Positions 1-13,910 of a stretch of DNA of 64,000 nucleotides are shown in pieces. The stretch is taken from contig OZ024760.1 in assembly GCA_964016885.1 (NCBI GenBank), forward strand, positions 27,714,001 to 27,778,000, written 5' to 3'. Positions within the stretch are counted from its first letter, which is position 1; every line of letters begins with the position of its first letter. Below the pieces are notes generated by a model that worked only from the letters and a program-made list of their open reading frames with translations, made no database searches and was not told where the DNA came from. The position numbers were made by a program, and so were the translations under genes. Source of the DNA: Eledone cirrhosa (Eukaryota).

Positions 1-3000
1 ATATAGTCCTAGATATACTGTGTCTGGGGGACACATCAGATAATGTAGTCCTAGATACACTATATCTGAGGGACACATTGGATAATGTAGTCCTAGATAT
101 ACTGTGTCTGGGGGACACATCTGATAATGTAGTCCTAGATACACTATATCTGAGGGACACATTAGATAATGTAGTCCTAGATATACTGTGTCTGGGGGAC
201 ACATCAGATAATGTATTCCTAGATACACTATATCTGAGGGATACATTAGATAATGTAGTCCTAGATATACTGTGTCTGGGGGACACATTAGATAATGTAG
301 TCCTAGATATACTGTGTCTGGGGGACACATCAGATAATGTAGTCCTAGATACACTATATCTGAGAGACACATTAGATAATGTAGTCCTAGATATACTGTG
401 TCTGCGGGACACATCAGATAATATAGTCCTAGATACACTATATCTGAGGGACACATTAGATAATGTAGTCCTAGATATACTGTGTCTGGGGGACACATCA
501 GATAATGTAGTCCTAGATACACTATATCTGAGGGACACATTAGATAATGTAGTCCTAGATATACTGTGTCTGGGGGACACATCAGATAATGTAGTCCTAG
601 ATACACTGTGTCTAATGGACACATGAGATAATGTAGTCCTAGATATACTGTGTCTGGGGGACACATCAGATAATGTAGTCCTAGATACACTATATCTGAG
701 GGACACATTAGATAATGTAGTCCTAGATATACTGTGTCTGGGGGACACATCAGATAATGTAGTCCTAGATACACTATATCTGAGGGACACATTGGATAAT
801 ATAGTCCTAGATATACTGTGTCTGGGGGACACATCAGATAATGTAGTCCTAGATACACTGTGTCTAATGGACACATGAGATAATGTAGTCCTAGATATAC
901 TGTGTCTGGGGGACACATCAGATAATATAGTCCTAGATACACTATATCTGAGGGACACATTAGATAATGTAGTCCTAGATATACTGTGTCTGGGGGACAC
1001 ATCAGATAATATAGTCCTAGATACACTATATCTGAGGGACACATTAGATAATGTAGTCCTAGATACACTGTGTCTAATGGACACATGAGATAATGTAGTC
1101 CTAGATATACTGTGTCTGGGGGACACATCAGATAATGTAGTCCTAGATACACTGTGTCTAATGGACACATGAGATAATGTAGTCCTAGATATACTGTGTC
1201 TGGGGGACACATCAGATAATGTAGTCCTAGATACACTATATCTGAGGGACACATTAGATAATGTAGTCCTAGATATACTGTGTCTGGGGGACACATCAGA
1301 TAATATAGTCCTAGATACACTATATCTGAGGGACACATTAGATAATGTAGTCCTAGATACACTGTGTCTAATGGACACATGAGATAATGTAGTCCTAGAT
1401 ATACTGTGTCTGGGGGACACATCAGATAATGTAGTCCTAGATACACTGTGTCTAATGGACACATGAGATAATGTAGTCCTAGATATACTGTGTCTGGGGG
1501 ACACATCAGATAATGTAGTCCTAGATACACTATATCTGAGGGACACATTAGATAATGTAGTCCTAGATATACTGTGTCTGGGGGACACATCAGATAATGT
1601 AGTCCTAGATACACTATATCTGAGGGACACATTAGATAATGTAGTCCTAGATATACTGTGTCTGGGGGACACATCAGATAATATAGTCCTAGATACACTG
1701 TGTCTAATGGACACATGAGATAATGTAGTCCTAGATATACTGTGTCTGGGGGACACATCAGATAATGTAGTCCTAGATACACTGTGTCTAATGGACACAT
1801 TAGATAATGTAGTCCTAGATATACTGTGTCTGGGGGACACATCAGATAATGTAGTCCTAGATACACTGTGTCTAATGGACACATTAGATAATGTAGTCCT
1901 AGATATACTGTGTCTGGGGGACACATCAGATAATGTAGTCCTAGATACACTGTGTCTAATGGACACATTAGATAATGTAGTCCTAGATATACTGTGTCTG
2001 GGGGACACATCAGATAATGTAGTCCTAGATACACTGTGTCTAATGGACACATGAGATAATGTAGTCCTAGATATACTGTGTCTGGGGGACACATCAGATA
2101 ATGTAGTCCTAGATACACTATATCTGAGGGACACATTAGATAATGTAGTCCTAGATATACTGTGTCTGGGGGACACATCAGATAATGTAGTCCTAGATAC
2201 ACTATATCTGAGGGACACATTAGATAATGTAGTCCTAGATATACTGTGTCTGGGGGACACATCAGATAATGTAGTCCTAGATACACTATATCTGAGGGAC
2301 ACATTAGATAATGTAGTCCTAGATATACTGTGTCTGGGGGACACATCAGATAATGTAGTCCTAGATACACTATATCTGAGGGACACATTAGATAATGTAG
2401 TCCTAGATATACTGTGTCTGGGGGACACATCAGATAATGTAGTCCTAGATACACTATATCTGAGGGACACATTAGATAATGTAGTCCTAGATATACTGTG
2501 TCTGGGGGACACATCAGATAATGTAGTCCTAGATACACTATATCTGAGGGACACATTAGATAATGTAGTCCTAGATATACTGTGTCTGGGGGACACATCA
2601 GATAATGTAGTCCTAGATACACTATATCTGAGGGACACATGAGATAATGTAGTCCTAGATATACTGTGTCTGGGGGACACATCAGATAATGTAGTCCTAG
2701 ATACACTATATCTGAGGGACACATTAGATAATGTAGTCCTAGATATACTGTGTCTGGGGGGACACATCAGATAATGTAGTCCTGGATACACTATATCTGA
2801 GGGACACATTAGATAATATAGTCCTAGATATACTGTGTCTGGGGGGACACATCAGATAATGTAGTCCTAGATACACTATATCTGAGGGACACATTAGATA
2901 ATGTAGTCCTAGATATACTGTGTCTGGGGGACACATCAGATAATGTAGTCCTAGATACACTATATCTGAGGGACACATTAGATAATGTAGTCCTAGATAT

Positions 3001-6000
3001 ACTGTGTCTGGGGGGACACATCAGATAATGTAGTCCTAGATACACTATATCTGAGGGACACATTAGATAATGTAGTCCTAGATATACTGTGTCTGGGGGA
3101 CACATCAGATAATGTAGTCCTAGATACACTATATCTGAGGGACACATTAGATAATGTAGTCCTAGATATACTGTGTCTGGGGGGACACATCAGATAATGT
3201 AGTCCTAGATACACTATATCTGAGGGACACATTAGATAATGTAGTCCTAGATATACTGTGTCTGGGGGGACACATCAGATAATGTAGTCCTAGATACACT
3301 ATATCTGAGGGACACATTAGATAATGTAGTCCTAGATATACTGTGTCTGGGAGACACATCAGATAATGTAGTCCTAGATACACTATATCTGAGGGACACA
3401 TGAGATAATGTAGTCCTAGATATACTGTGTCTGGGGGGACACATCAGATAATGTAGTCCTAGATACACTATATCTGAGGGACACATTAGATAATGTAGTC
3501 CTAGATATACTGTGTCTGGGGGACACATCAGATAATGTAGTCCTAGATACACTGTGTCTGGGGGACACATCAGATAATGTAGTCCTAGATACACTATATC
3601 TGAGGGACACATTGGATAATATAGTCCTAGATATACTGTGTCTGGGGGACACATCAGATAATGTAGTCCTAGATATACTGTGTCTGGGGGACACATCAGA
3701 TAATGTAGTCCTAGATACACTATATCTGAGGGACACATTGGATAATATAGTCCTAGATATACTGTGTCTGGGGGACACATCAGATAATGTAGTCCTAGAT
3801 ACACTATATCTGAGGGACACATTAGATAATATAGTCCTAGATATACTGTGTCTGGGGGACACATCAGATAATGTAGTCCTAGATACACTATATCTGAGGG
3901 ACACATTGGATAATGTAGTCCTAGATATACTGTGTCTGGGGGACACATCAGATAATGTAGTCCTAGATACACTATATCTGAGGGACACATTAGATAATGT
4001 AGTCCTAGATATACTGTGTCTGGGGGACACATCAGATAATGTATTCCTAGATACACTATATCTGAGGGATACATTAGATAATGTAGTCCTAGATATACTG
4101 TGTCTGGAGGACACATTAGATAATGTAGTCCTAGATATACTGTGTCTGGGGGACACATCAGATAATGTAGTCCTAGATACACTATATCTGAGAGACACAT
4201 TAGATAATGTAGTCCTAGATATACTGTGTCTGGGGGACACATCAGATAATATAGTCCTAGATACACTATATCTGAGGGACACATTAGATAATGTAGTCCT
4301 AGATATACTGTGTCTGGGGGACACATCAGATAATGTAGTCCTAGATACACTATATCTGAGGGACACATTAGATAATGTAGTCCTAGATATACTGTGTCTG
4401 GGGGACACATCAGATAATGTAGTCCTAGATACACTATATCTGAGGGACACATTGGATAATATAGTCCTAGATATACTGTGTCTGGGGGACACATCAGATA
4501 ATGTAGTCCTAGATACACTATATCTGAGGGACACATTAGATAATGTAGTCCTAGATATACTGTGTCTGGGGGACACATCAGATAATGTAGTCCTAGATAC
4601 ACTGTGTCTAATGGACACATGAGATAATGTAGTCCTAGATATACTGTGTCTGGGGGACACATCAGATAATGTAGTCCTAGATACACTGTGTCTAATGGAC
4701 ACATGAGATAATGTAGTCCTAGATATACTGTGTCTGGGGGGACACATCAGATAATGTAGTCCTAGATACACTATATCTGAGGGACACATTAGATAATGTA
4801 GTCCTAGATATACTGTGTCTGGGGGGACACATCAGATAATGTAGTCCTAGATACACTATATCTGAGGGACACATTAGATAATGTAGTCCTAGATATACTG
4901 TGTCTGGGGGGACACATCAGATAATGTAGTCCTAGATACACTATATCTGAGGGACACATTAGATAATGTAGTCCTAGATATACTGTGTCTGGGGGACACA
5001 TCAGATAATGTAGTCCTAGATACACTATATCTGAGGGACACATTAGATAATGTAGTCCTAGATATACTGTGTCTGGGGGGACACATCAGATAATGTAGTC
5101 CTAGATACACTATATCTGAGGGACACATTAGATAATGTAGTCCTAGATATACTGTGTCTGGGGGGACACATCAGATAATGTAGTCCTAGATACACTATAT
5201 CTGAGGGACACATTAGATAATGTAGTCCTAGATATACTGTGTCTGGGAGACACATCAGATAATGTAGTCCTAGATACACTATATCTGAGGGACACATTAG
5301 ATAATGTAGTCCTAGATATACTGTGTCTGGGGGACACATCAGATAATGTAATCCTAGATACACTATATCTGAGGGACACATGAGATAATGTAGTCCTAGA
5401 TATACTGTGTCTGGGGGACACATCAGATAATGTAGTCCTAGATACACTATATCTGAGGGACACATTAGATAATGTAGTCCTAGATATACTGTGTCTGGGG
5501 GACACATCAGATAATATAGTCCTAGATACACTATATCTGAGGGACACATTAGATAATGTAGTCCTAGATATACTGTGTCTGGGGGACACATCAGATAATA
5601 TAGTCCTAGATACACTATATCTGAGGGACACATTAGATAATGTAGTCCTAGATACACTGTGTCTAATGGACACATTAGATAATGTAGTCCTAGATATACT
5701 GTGTCTGGGGGGACACATCAGATAATGTAGTCCTAGATACACTATATCTGAGGGACACATTAGATAATGTAGTCCTAGATATACTGTGTCTGGGGGACAC
5801 ATCAGATAATATAGTCCTAGATACACTATATCTAATGGACACATTAGATAATGTAGTCCTAGATATACTGTGTCTGGGGGACACATCAGATAATGTAGTC
5901 CTAGATACACTATATCTGAGGGACACATTAGATAATGTAGTCCTAGATACACTGTTTCTAAAGGACACATTAGATAATGCAGTCCGAGATACACTTATAT

Positions 6001-6120
6001 CTAAAGGACACATTAGATAATGTAGTCCTAGATACACTTATATCTAAAGGACACATTAGATAATGTAGTCCGAGATACACTAATATCTAAAGGACGCATT
6101 AGATAATGTAGTCCGAGATA
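1..6120. repeat. 42-bp tandem satellite (~145 units) with 84-bp A/B higher-order alternation
   Basis: Units gataatgtagtcctagatatactgtgtctgggggacacatca and gataatgtagtcctagatacactatatctgagggacacatta alternate; a third variant has tgtgtctaatggacacatga. Runs off the window start. Confidence 0.97.
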
Positions 6121-6229
6121 CATGTGGCTGAGGGTATTGAGGTGAAAACCAGGGGATGTTTGGTTGATGAACAATGTCCAAAGCTTCCATATTGTCAAAC
6201 TCAGCCGTCACAATAGAAGTTTGTCCACT

Positions 6230-6990
6230 GGTAGATGTCACATGTAGCTTTAGTGGAGGACTGTTGATTGGAACATGATGCCACATGTGGCTGTAGTGGG
6301 GGACTGGTGGTTGTAATATGTCACATGTAGCTGTAGTGGGGGACTGGTGATTGTAACAGGATGTCACATGTAGGTGTACTGGAGGACTGGTGGTTGGAAC
6401 ATGATGACATGTAGGTGGACTGGTGATTGGAACATGTCACATGTAGCTGTACTGGTGGACTGGTGATTGGAACATGACACATGTGGCTGTAGCGGGGGAC
6501 TGGTGGTTGGAACATGATGTCCACTGGTAGATGACACATGTAGCTCTACTGGGGGACTGGTGGTTGGACGACACATGTGGCTGTGTACTGGAGGACTGGT
6601 GGTTGGAACATGATGACATGTAGGTGGACTGGTGATTGGACGACACATGTGGCTGTGTACTGGAGGACTGGTGGTTGGAACATGATGTCACATGTAGCTA
6701 TAGTGGGGGACTGGTGATTGGAACATGTGGCTGTATTGGGGGACTGGTGATTAGAACATGATGTCACATGTAGCTGTAGTGGGGGACTGGTGGTTGGAAC
6801 ATGATGACACATGTAGCTGTAGTGGAGGACTGGTGATTGGAACATGATGTCACATGTAGCTGTACTGGTGGACTGGTGATTGGAACATGACACATGTGGC
6901 TGTAGTGGGGGACTGGTGATTGGAATATGATGTCCACTGGTAGATGACATGTGGCTGTACTGGAGGACTGGTGATTGGAACATGATACTT
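6230..6990. repeat. Degenerate ~40-43-bp minisatellite inside the Gypsy pol remnant
   Basis: Repeats of gactggtgattggaacatgatgtcacatgtagctgtagtgggg; reads HHVPxTSPP on the minus strand. Confidence 0.9.
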
Positions 6991-7208
6991 TCCTCCATGT
7001 TGAATTGTGGGTTGGGAAAATGTTGGTTCTAAAGAGGTCCGAGATCTTGGTGTAGGTCTGAAAGATGGCTGCCATGTAAGGAACCTCATGCAGATATTAC
7101 TAGAGAAAAGGAGGCATAATGTGTTGCTGTTGATGAGTTGTCTCCCTTGGAGATTGATCAGCCATTAATGGACTCATAGGAAGTCTGCTTCGATGATAGG
7201 CTGGTGGA

Positions 7209-7395
7209 CATCATCATCGTTTAATGTCCACTTTTCACGCTAGCATGGGCTAGACGTGTTGTCCCGTTAAAGGCAAGTTGGGTCGGGTGACTGTCTTGTT
7301 CATATAGAACTGTTTCTGGCTTGGTTTCTACAGTTGGATGCCCTTCCTAACACCAACCACATTTACAGTGTGTGCTGGGTGCTTTTGGTAGCAAT
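7209..7395 (-). mobile_element. RTE-type 3' tail fragment (LINE 3' UTR or SINE tail)
   Basis: (cat)n followed by ttctacagttggatgcccttcctaacaccaaccacatttacagtg, matching the RTE 3' end at 13620-13793. Confidence 0.8.
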
Positions 7396-7869
7396 CGTAA
7401 ATATTCACCTGTGTGCTTGTGAGCCTCTGTGGAGGGAGAGAGAGAGTACGGTCTCTGATAGTTTTGATTGGTGGCCACCAGAGGGTGACCCTTCTCTCCG
7501 TAACAGAGGTCTTTGGTAGATTCCAGGATTCTGCTTCTGTGTTGATTAGGAATGTTAGTCCAGAGATCCAATCGTGGACATACTGGAGCAGTTGATCATG
7601 TTTGCTGATCACCAGGGTTAGGGTTAGTTTATAATTTTAATAAGTCCCTCCAAATTTTTTATTTATCAATTAAAAGAAAGTGTATTTCATTAAAAATACA
7701 GTTAAGAAAGAATGAATTTAGTGTTGGTATAGTTTGACTGAATAAAATAGACAGGATGGTCATGGATGGAACAACTTTGGTCAAAGGGTACCTTGATAAG
7801 GACTAACTTGGGACGAAACAACAAACAAGAAGTGACAAGAAGTGGACTTTAAGTGAAGAGAAGGGAGTA

Positions 7870-8075
7870 AGGTGATAGAGATAGAGGGTGGGGTGGTGGT
7901 AGAGAGGGTGGTGGTGGTGGTAGAGAGGGTGGTGGTGGTGATAGAGAGGGTGGTGATAGAGAGAGGGGTGGTGGTGATAGAGAGAGGGGTGGTGGTGATA
8001 GAGAGAGGGGTGGTGGTGATAGAGAGAGGGTGGTGGTGGTGATAGAGAGAGGGGTGGTGATAGAGGGATAGATAG
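7870..8075. repeat. Purine-rich (GGT/GA) low-complexity minisatellite
   Basis: Repeats of ggtggtgatagagagagg. Confidence 0.85.
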
Positions 8076-8135
8076 AGAGTAGAATGTGGATCCATGCATA
8101 TATATATATATACACCTACATAGATATAATATAAA

Positions 8136-8169
<34 letters not shown>

Positions 8170-8213
8170 CAATGATATTAAATAAATGGAAACTATATTT
8201 ATAAAACCATATT

Positions 8214-8277
8214 TATTTTATTATATATATTTCAAGGGTACTATGACAACATTGGTACGCTTTCATCAGATAAAATA
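8214..8277 (-). ncRNA. Minimal type I hammerhead ribozyme motif
   Basis: Reverse complement: tattttat CTGATGA aagcgtacc..agtaccctt GAAA tatat ATA ataaaata. Confidence 0.75.
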
Positions 8278-8391
8278 CAAAGTTTGTTTTATAAATAGAG
8301 ACATACCCATGAAAAACATACCTTATCGGTTGACTATCCAGTGAATTTCCAACCGATAAGGTATGATTTTTCATTTATAAAACAAACTTTG

Positions 8392-8455
8392 TATTTTATC
8401 TGATGAAAGCATACCAAAGTTGTCTTGGTACCCTTGAAATATATATCATAAAATA
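8392..8455 (+). ncRNA. Minimal type I hammerhead ribozyme motif (AUC site)
   Basis: tattttat CTGATGA aagcatacc aaagttgtctt ggtaccctt GAAA tatat ATC ataaaata; stems I and II pair and stem III is short and palindromic. Confidence 0.8.
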
Positions 8456-8612
8456 AATATGGTTTTATAAATATAGTTTCCATTTAATATCATTGAATAT
8501 TTACTCCACTAATTTGTTGAGTGCTCTAAATCAGTTATAAACATTTATATTTGTCGGACTTACAAGAAATTAAATACCCCTTCTACTTATACATATATAT
8601 ATATGTATATAT

Positions 8613-10765
8613 ATCATCATCATCATCATCACCGTTTTACATCCGTTCTTCCACGCTAGCATGGGTTAGACAGGTTGTCCTGTTGTCGGCAGTGTCCGGT
8701 CGGCTGACTTTGTCTTGCTCATATGGGAACTGATTCTGGCTTGATTTCTACAGCTGGATGCCCTTCCTAACACCAACCTCATTTACAGTGAGTGCTGGGT
8801 CCTTTTTTTTGCCGTGGCACCTACACGTCCACTTTACAGTGTGGGCTGGGTGCTTTTTAGCCGTGGCACCTCCACGACCACTTAGCAGTGGGAGGGTGTG
8901 GGGGCATATTGTCTATATGCTTCAGCTTCGGCTTGTACCCGTGGCGAGGGGGGGTGGGTCTTCTGTATTACTGCGTGACGCCAGAGGTCACGATCGTGTG
9001 TCATCGCCTTTGAGAGGTGTTATTGGATAAGGTCGGCTTTTATCACCTCATCCCAGGTCTTCTTGGGTCTCCCCACTCCACAGCTTCCATCGACTTCTAG
9101 TGCTCTGCACCTTTTTATGCAGCTGTCATCCTTCATACGCATCACATGTCCATACCAACGCAACCGCCTCTTCTGCACACAGAATTTGATTCCTCTTATG
9201 CTCAGTCTCTCAATTCATTTATGCTTTACCATTCGCGTATATTACTATTACACATCCATCGGAGCATGCAGGCTTCGTTTCTTTCTAATCTATGCAAGTC
9301 TTCTACAGACAGCGCCTAGGTCTCACTACCATGTAACATTGCTGTTCATATACACGCATCATACAGTCTGCCTTTCCTTTTGAGGGAAAAGCCTTTTGCA
9401 GCTAGCAGTGGCAGTAGCTCCCTGAACTTCTTCCACCCCGTTTTTACCCTAGTTATTGTACTTTCCTAACACCCACCTCCGCTACTAATTCTGCCACCTA
9501 GGTAGCACAAGCTGTCTACTGTTTCTACAGAGCCCTCCCAGAGTTTGGTGGTACTTTGGCTGTTCACGGCTTGCTGTCCCAGCACAGCTGCTGCATGTGA
9601 AGCCTACATCTCTTGTGTACCCATTGTTTGCATTTGGGGCAGAGAATGGAGTTCCTACATACTGAGCAAGGCCATTTCCCTGAGGGGATCTGGGTCCTGT
9701 TTTCTCGTCTACTTACAAGGACCTTAGTCTTTGTCAGGTTGACTTTGAGACCATTTCTTTCTAGTCCCTGCTTCCAAGTTTGGAATTTCTTCTCTAGTTC
9801 TATCATAGATTCAGCTATAAGTGCGAGGTCATCTGCATACAGGAGTTCCCATGGGCATCCAGTCTTAAACCCTTCCGTTATTGCCTGCAGGACTATGATG
9901 AACTGGAGAGGGCTAAGAACAGAGCCCTGGTGGACACCGACCTGTACGCTAAATTCCTCGCTATACTCATTGCTAATCCTAACTTTGCATGGCTTGTACA
10001 GCTTTCACAAGCCATTTATCTACTAGTTTTCTAAGAGCCCACCAGATTATAGCATGGGGAACTCTGTCAAAGGCTTTCTCAAGATCAACAAATGCCAGGT
10101 AGAGTGGCTTACTTTTAGCTAGGTACTTTTCCTGTAACTGCCTCAAAAGGAAGAGGGCATCAGTGGTGCCTCTTCCTGGCACAAACCCAAATTGCATCTT
10201 ATCTAGTTTCACCCGGTCCCTAATCAACTGCGCTATAACTCTTTCTGTTACTTTCATGACCTGGTCCATCAGCTTTATACCTCTATAGTTTCCTCTATCT
10301 AGTGCATCACCTTTACCTTTGTAGCAGTTGACAATGATGTTACTGCACCAATCCTTTGGTATGACACCTTCTAGTATTACCTGGTTAACAATACGTGTGG
10401 TTATAGTGTGACCTACCGACCCGGATACCTTCAGCATCTCGGCAGCTATACCCGATGGACCGGTTGCCTTCCCCGTCTTCATATCTTTGATTGCCTTACT
10501 TACTACGCTGCTGCTGACTTGTACTGCTGGCCCCTCTATAGGGTCTACTTGGGGTAGGGTCTTTTCTTCCCAGGCATTCTTCTCATTTAGTAATCTATCA
10601 TAATGGCTCTTCCCCACATCTTACTTCTCAGCACTTCTGAGGGCAATCTCACCTTTATCATTCTGGATACACTTCTCTCCAATGACATCACAATTCTCTC
10701 TGACACTACTGCCTCACAATCTTGAACACCTCCTGTTTCTGGTCCTCACATTGCAAAACATGCTT
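8613..10765 (-). mobile_element. RTE-clade LINE, subfamily A, 5'-truncated and degenerate
   Basis: RT motifs GNYRGIKL, QFGFVPGRGTTDALF, FVDLEKAFDRVP, YADD; PHD-like CxxC insert; (GAT)n 3' tail. Confidence 0.93.
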
Positions 10766-10817
10766 GAATTATATATATATATATATATGTATGTATATAT
10801 ATGTATATATAAATATA

Positions 10818-10949
10818 CAGCACTCACTGTAAATGAGGTTGGTGTTAGGAAGGGCATCCAGCTGTAGAAATCAAGCCAGAATCAGTTCCCGTCCCATCCT
10901 TGCAAGCAAGGAAAAAGCGGACGTGAAATGATGATGATGATGATGATGA
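10818..10949 (+). mobile_element. 3' part of tRNA-SINE with RTE-like tail
   Basis: Matches the tail of SINE copies at 15037-16592 and ends in (gat)n. Confidence 0.8.
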
Positions 10950-11226
10950 CCAAAAGTTAAACAAGTTTCATTGATTAATCAATGAATATAGTTTTACAAT
11001 AAATTAGAAGCACTCAACAGTTAAGTTTTCTGGAGTTATTAATATTAATTCAAAATATTAATAAATATAGACATTCATTAATAAATATATGACATACCTC
11101 AACTGTGCTGATGGTTCAATTCCAGTCCTGCCAACACTGGAATTGAACCATCAGCACAGTTGAGGTATGCTATACATCAATTTATATATTTTATCTGATG
11201 AGGACGTACTGAAAAAACAGCACAGC
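10950..11226. mobile_element. Fold-back element, family C fragment (34-bp arms 11093-11126 / 11136-11169) with truncated hammerhead 5' half
   Basis: Perfect arms; tattttatctgatgaggacgtactgaaaaaacagcacag matches 26348-26386. Confidence 0.75.
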
Positions 11227-11382
11227 TAGCGTGGAAAACGGACGTTAAACGAAGATGCTGATGATGATGATATGTATATGTACACACACATATATATATG
11301 TCATCATCATCATCATCATCATCGTTTAACGTCCATCTTTCACGCTTGCATGGGTTTGGACGGTGTATGTATATATATATAT

Positions 11383-11748
11383 ATTGCTATACTTGGGGAG
11401 GGTCATGTTGTTGTAATAATATTGCCAGAATTAATAACAGAACACACTCACTGTTATTATTTCTATTGGCAGTATCGGTAGAGGGTTGGACGCCATGCTT
11501 TGACACATAGAGTTACGGCCCTTGCCATTCTGAGTTCAAATCCAGCCGAGGTTAACTTTGCCTTTCATCCTTACGGGGTCGATAAAATAAAGTACCAGTA
11601 ATGTACTGGGTAATTGCTGGCCTTGTGCCAATAGTAGAAACAATTATTTCTGGCAATATTATTACACAAATATGACCCTCCCCAAGTATAACAATATTTG
11701 TTTCGACACGATTTCATATCAAAAACCTCGCAAAACTAATTCATCGCC
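11383..11748. mobile_element. Fold-back family B ends with a tRNA-SINE (11466-11650) between them
   Basis: Left and right ends match 25654-26130 and 35472-35958; SINE A box tggcagtatcgg and B box gagttcaaatcc. Confidence 0.7.
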
Positions 11749-11749
11749 G

Positions 11750-11818
<69 letters not shown>

Positions 11819-11969
11819 TACATATATAATCTAGGTTTAGCAAATAAGAAAAAGTTTCAAAATAAATTTAAAAAAATTCATTGTATTTACTATGTTTACC
11901 TTTACCGAATCGGTTTCGAGTCTCAAAAATAAATGGAAAGTCCTTGAGGGCTTCCATTGAAAAGATAAA

Positions 11970-11991
11970 CATACATATATATGTATATGTG

Positions 11992-12063
<72 letters not shown>

Positions 12064-12555
12064 CATATATGTATATATATATATATATATACATATATGT
12101 ATATATATATATATACATACATATATGTATATGTATATATATACATATATGTATATATATATACATACATATATGTATATATATATACATATATGTATAT
12201 ATATATATATATATATATACATACATATATGTATATATATATATATATACATACATATATGTATATATATATATATATACATACATATATGTATATATAT
12301 ATATATACATACATATATGTATATATATATATATACATACATATATGTATATATATATATATACATACATATATGTATATATATATATATACATACATAT
12401 ATGTATATATATATATACATACATATATGTATATGTATATATATATACATATATGTATATGTATATATATATACATATATGTATATATATATATATATAC
12501 ATATATGTATATATATATATATATATATATACATATATGTATATATATATATATA
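11970..12555. repeat. Compound (TA)n/(TACA) microsatellite
   Basis: Directly visible. Confidence 0.95.
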
Positions 12556-13793
12556 CTGAATCAATGGCCGAGCTAGAGAAGAAATTCCAAACATGGAAGC
12601 ACGGCCTAGAATCAAAAGGCCTTAAAATTAACCTGGCTAAGACTAAAGTTCTAGTTTGTAGGAAAGAAAATAAGGCGCCGGTCCCTTCCGGGAAATGGCC
12701 ATGCTCAGTGTGTAGGAAAGGCGTAGGTAGAAACTCCATTTTATGTCCCGAATGCAAAGTATGGGTGCATAAAAGATGTAGTGGGATCACAGGTAAGCTA
12801 ACTAAGAACATAGATTTTACATGTGGCCGGTGCTCTGGTGCAATAAGTAGCAGCAAGTGCCCACAAAATACTAGCTCCTTCAATTGCGCAGAGAGTTCTA
12901 TAGAAATAGTGGACAGCTTCCGTTACCTGGGTGACAAAATCAGCAGTGGGGAAGGGTGCTCTGAAAGTACAGTAGCTAGAGTCAGAACTGGATGGAAAAA
13001 GTTCAGAGAGCTTATACCACTATTAGCCGCTAAAGGGTTCTCCCTAAAAATGAAAGGCAGGTTGTATGATGCCTGCATACGAACAGCAATGTTGCATGGC
13101 AGTGAGACCTGGGCATTGTGTGCAGAGGATATACGCAGACTAGAGAGGAAATAAGAGGGATCAGATGTTGTTTACTTGAGAGAAGGCTACGTTGGTATGG
13201 TCACTTGATGCGCATGAAAGACGACAGCTGTATAACAAAGTGCAGGGCAATAAATATAGACGGTAGCCACGGAGTAGGCAGACGCAGAAAAACCTGGGAC
13301 GACCTGATAAATTCCGACCTCACACACTTACACCTCTCCAAGACAATGTCACTGGACCGAGATCTTTGGCGGTACTCAGTAATAGAGAAGACCTGCCTTA
13401 CCTAAATACAAAGTAAAACCTACTACAGTCAGTAGGCATCCCTAACAAAATACACCCCTGTCCCACCACCCCCACCCCATCCACACCGCCCCTTTCAACG
13501 TAAAGTTATGTTGGTGCCACAACATCCAGGCCGAAACAAATGAGATTGTGTAGGTGTCACGACAAAAAACACACAGTCCACGCTGTAATGTGGCCGTGTA
13601 GGCAACACGGTAAAAACCTCCCAGCCCCACACTGTAAATGTGGTTGGTGTTAGGAAGGGCATCCAGCTGCAGAAAACCCGCCAGACAGTCCTATGCGAGC
13701 AAGACAACCACTCTTGCCTCAAGTGGGAAAACTCCCGTCCAAACCCATGCAAGCGTGGAACATGGACGTTAAACGATGATGATGATGATGATG
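12556..13793 (+). mobile_element. RTE-clade LINE, subfamily B, 3' portion
   Basis: [14 protein letters not shown]...HGSETW...RRLRWYGH...RKTWDD; 3' UTR ending in (gat)n; close to 58938-61117. Confidence 0.93.
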
Positions 13794-13810
13794 TACATGT
13801 ATATATATAT

Positions 13811-13910
13811 GGTGGCTGCCAACTCGTTTTTGAGTACGGCCACTACTTTATATCCATGTAGGAGAACTCCTACCGATGCGCTGAACGAGTGTGACTTTTT
13901 AGTCCAGCCA
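13811..13910 (+). repeat. ~100-bp dispersed repeat (inverted copy at 56694-56792)
   Basis: gtggctgccaactcg...tttagtccagcca occurs twice in opposite orientation. Confidence 0.75.

Larger units (their letters stand above)
6125..7615 (-). mobile_element. Degenerate Gypsy (CsRn1-like) LTR retrotransposon pol remnant, protease to RT start
   Basis: Minus-strand peptides in the expected order: LLQYVHDWISGLTFLINTEAE (FLVDTGAE-like), VHQPIIEADFL (PIIGADFL-like), PTFSQPTIQHGGKYHVPITSPPV, AEFDNMEALDIVHQPNIPWFSP. Frameshifted; interrupted by a minisatellite and an RTE-type tail. Confidence 0.7.
8170..8590 (+). mobile_element. Fold-back non-autonomous element, family A (inverted arms ~8170-8332 / ~8350-8495, tail to ~8590)
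   Basis: Imperfect long palindrome flanked by TA/CA repeats; hammerhead motif on each arm; relatives at 27170-27415, 63800-64000 and 46330-46415. Confidence 0.8.

Noticed and set aside
1-6120. Long repetitive ORFs or a CRISPR-like array
   Set aside because: Pure tandem satellite with no unique spacers; ORFs arise because the 42-bp unit is a multiple of 3.
7400-7615. Minus-strand host exon with cag|gtgaat donor
   Set aside because: Better explained as a degenerate Gypsy protease.
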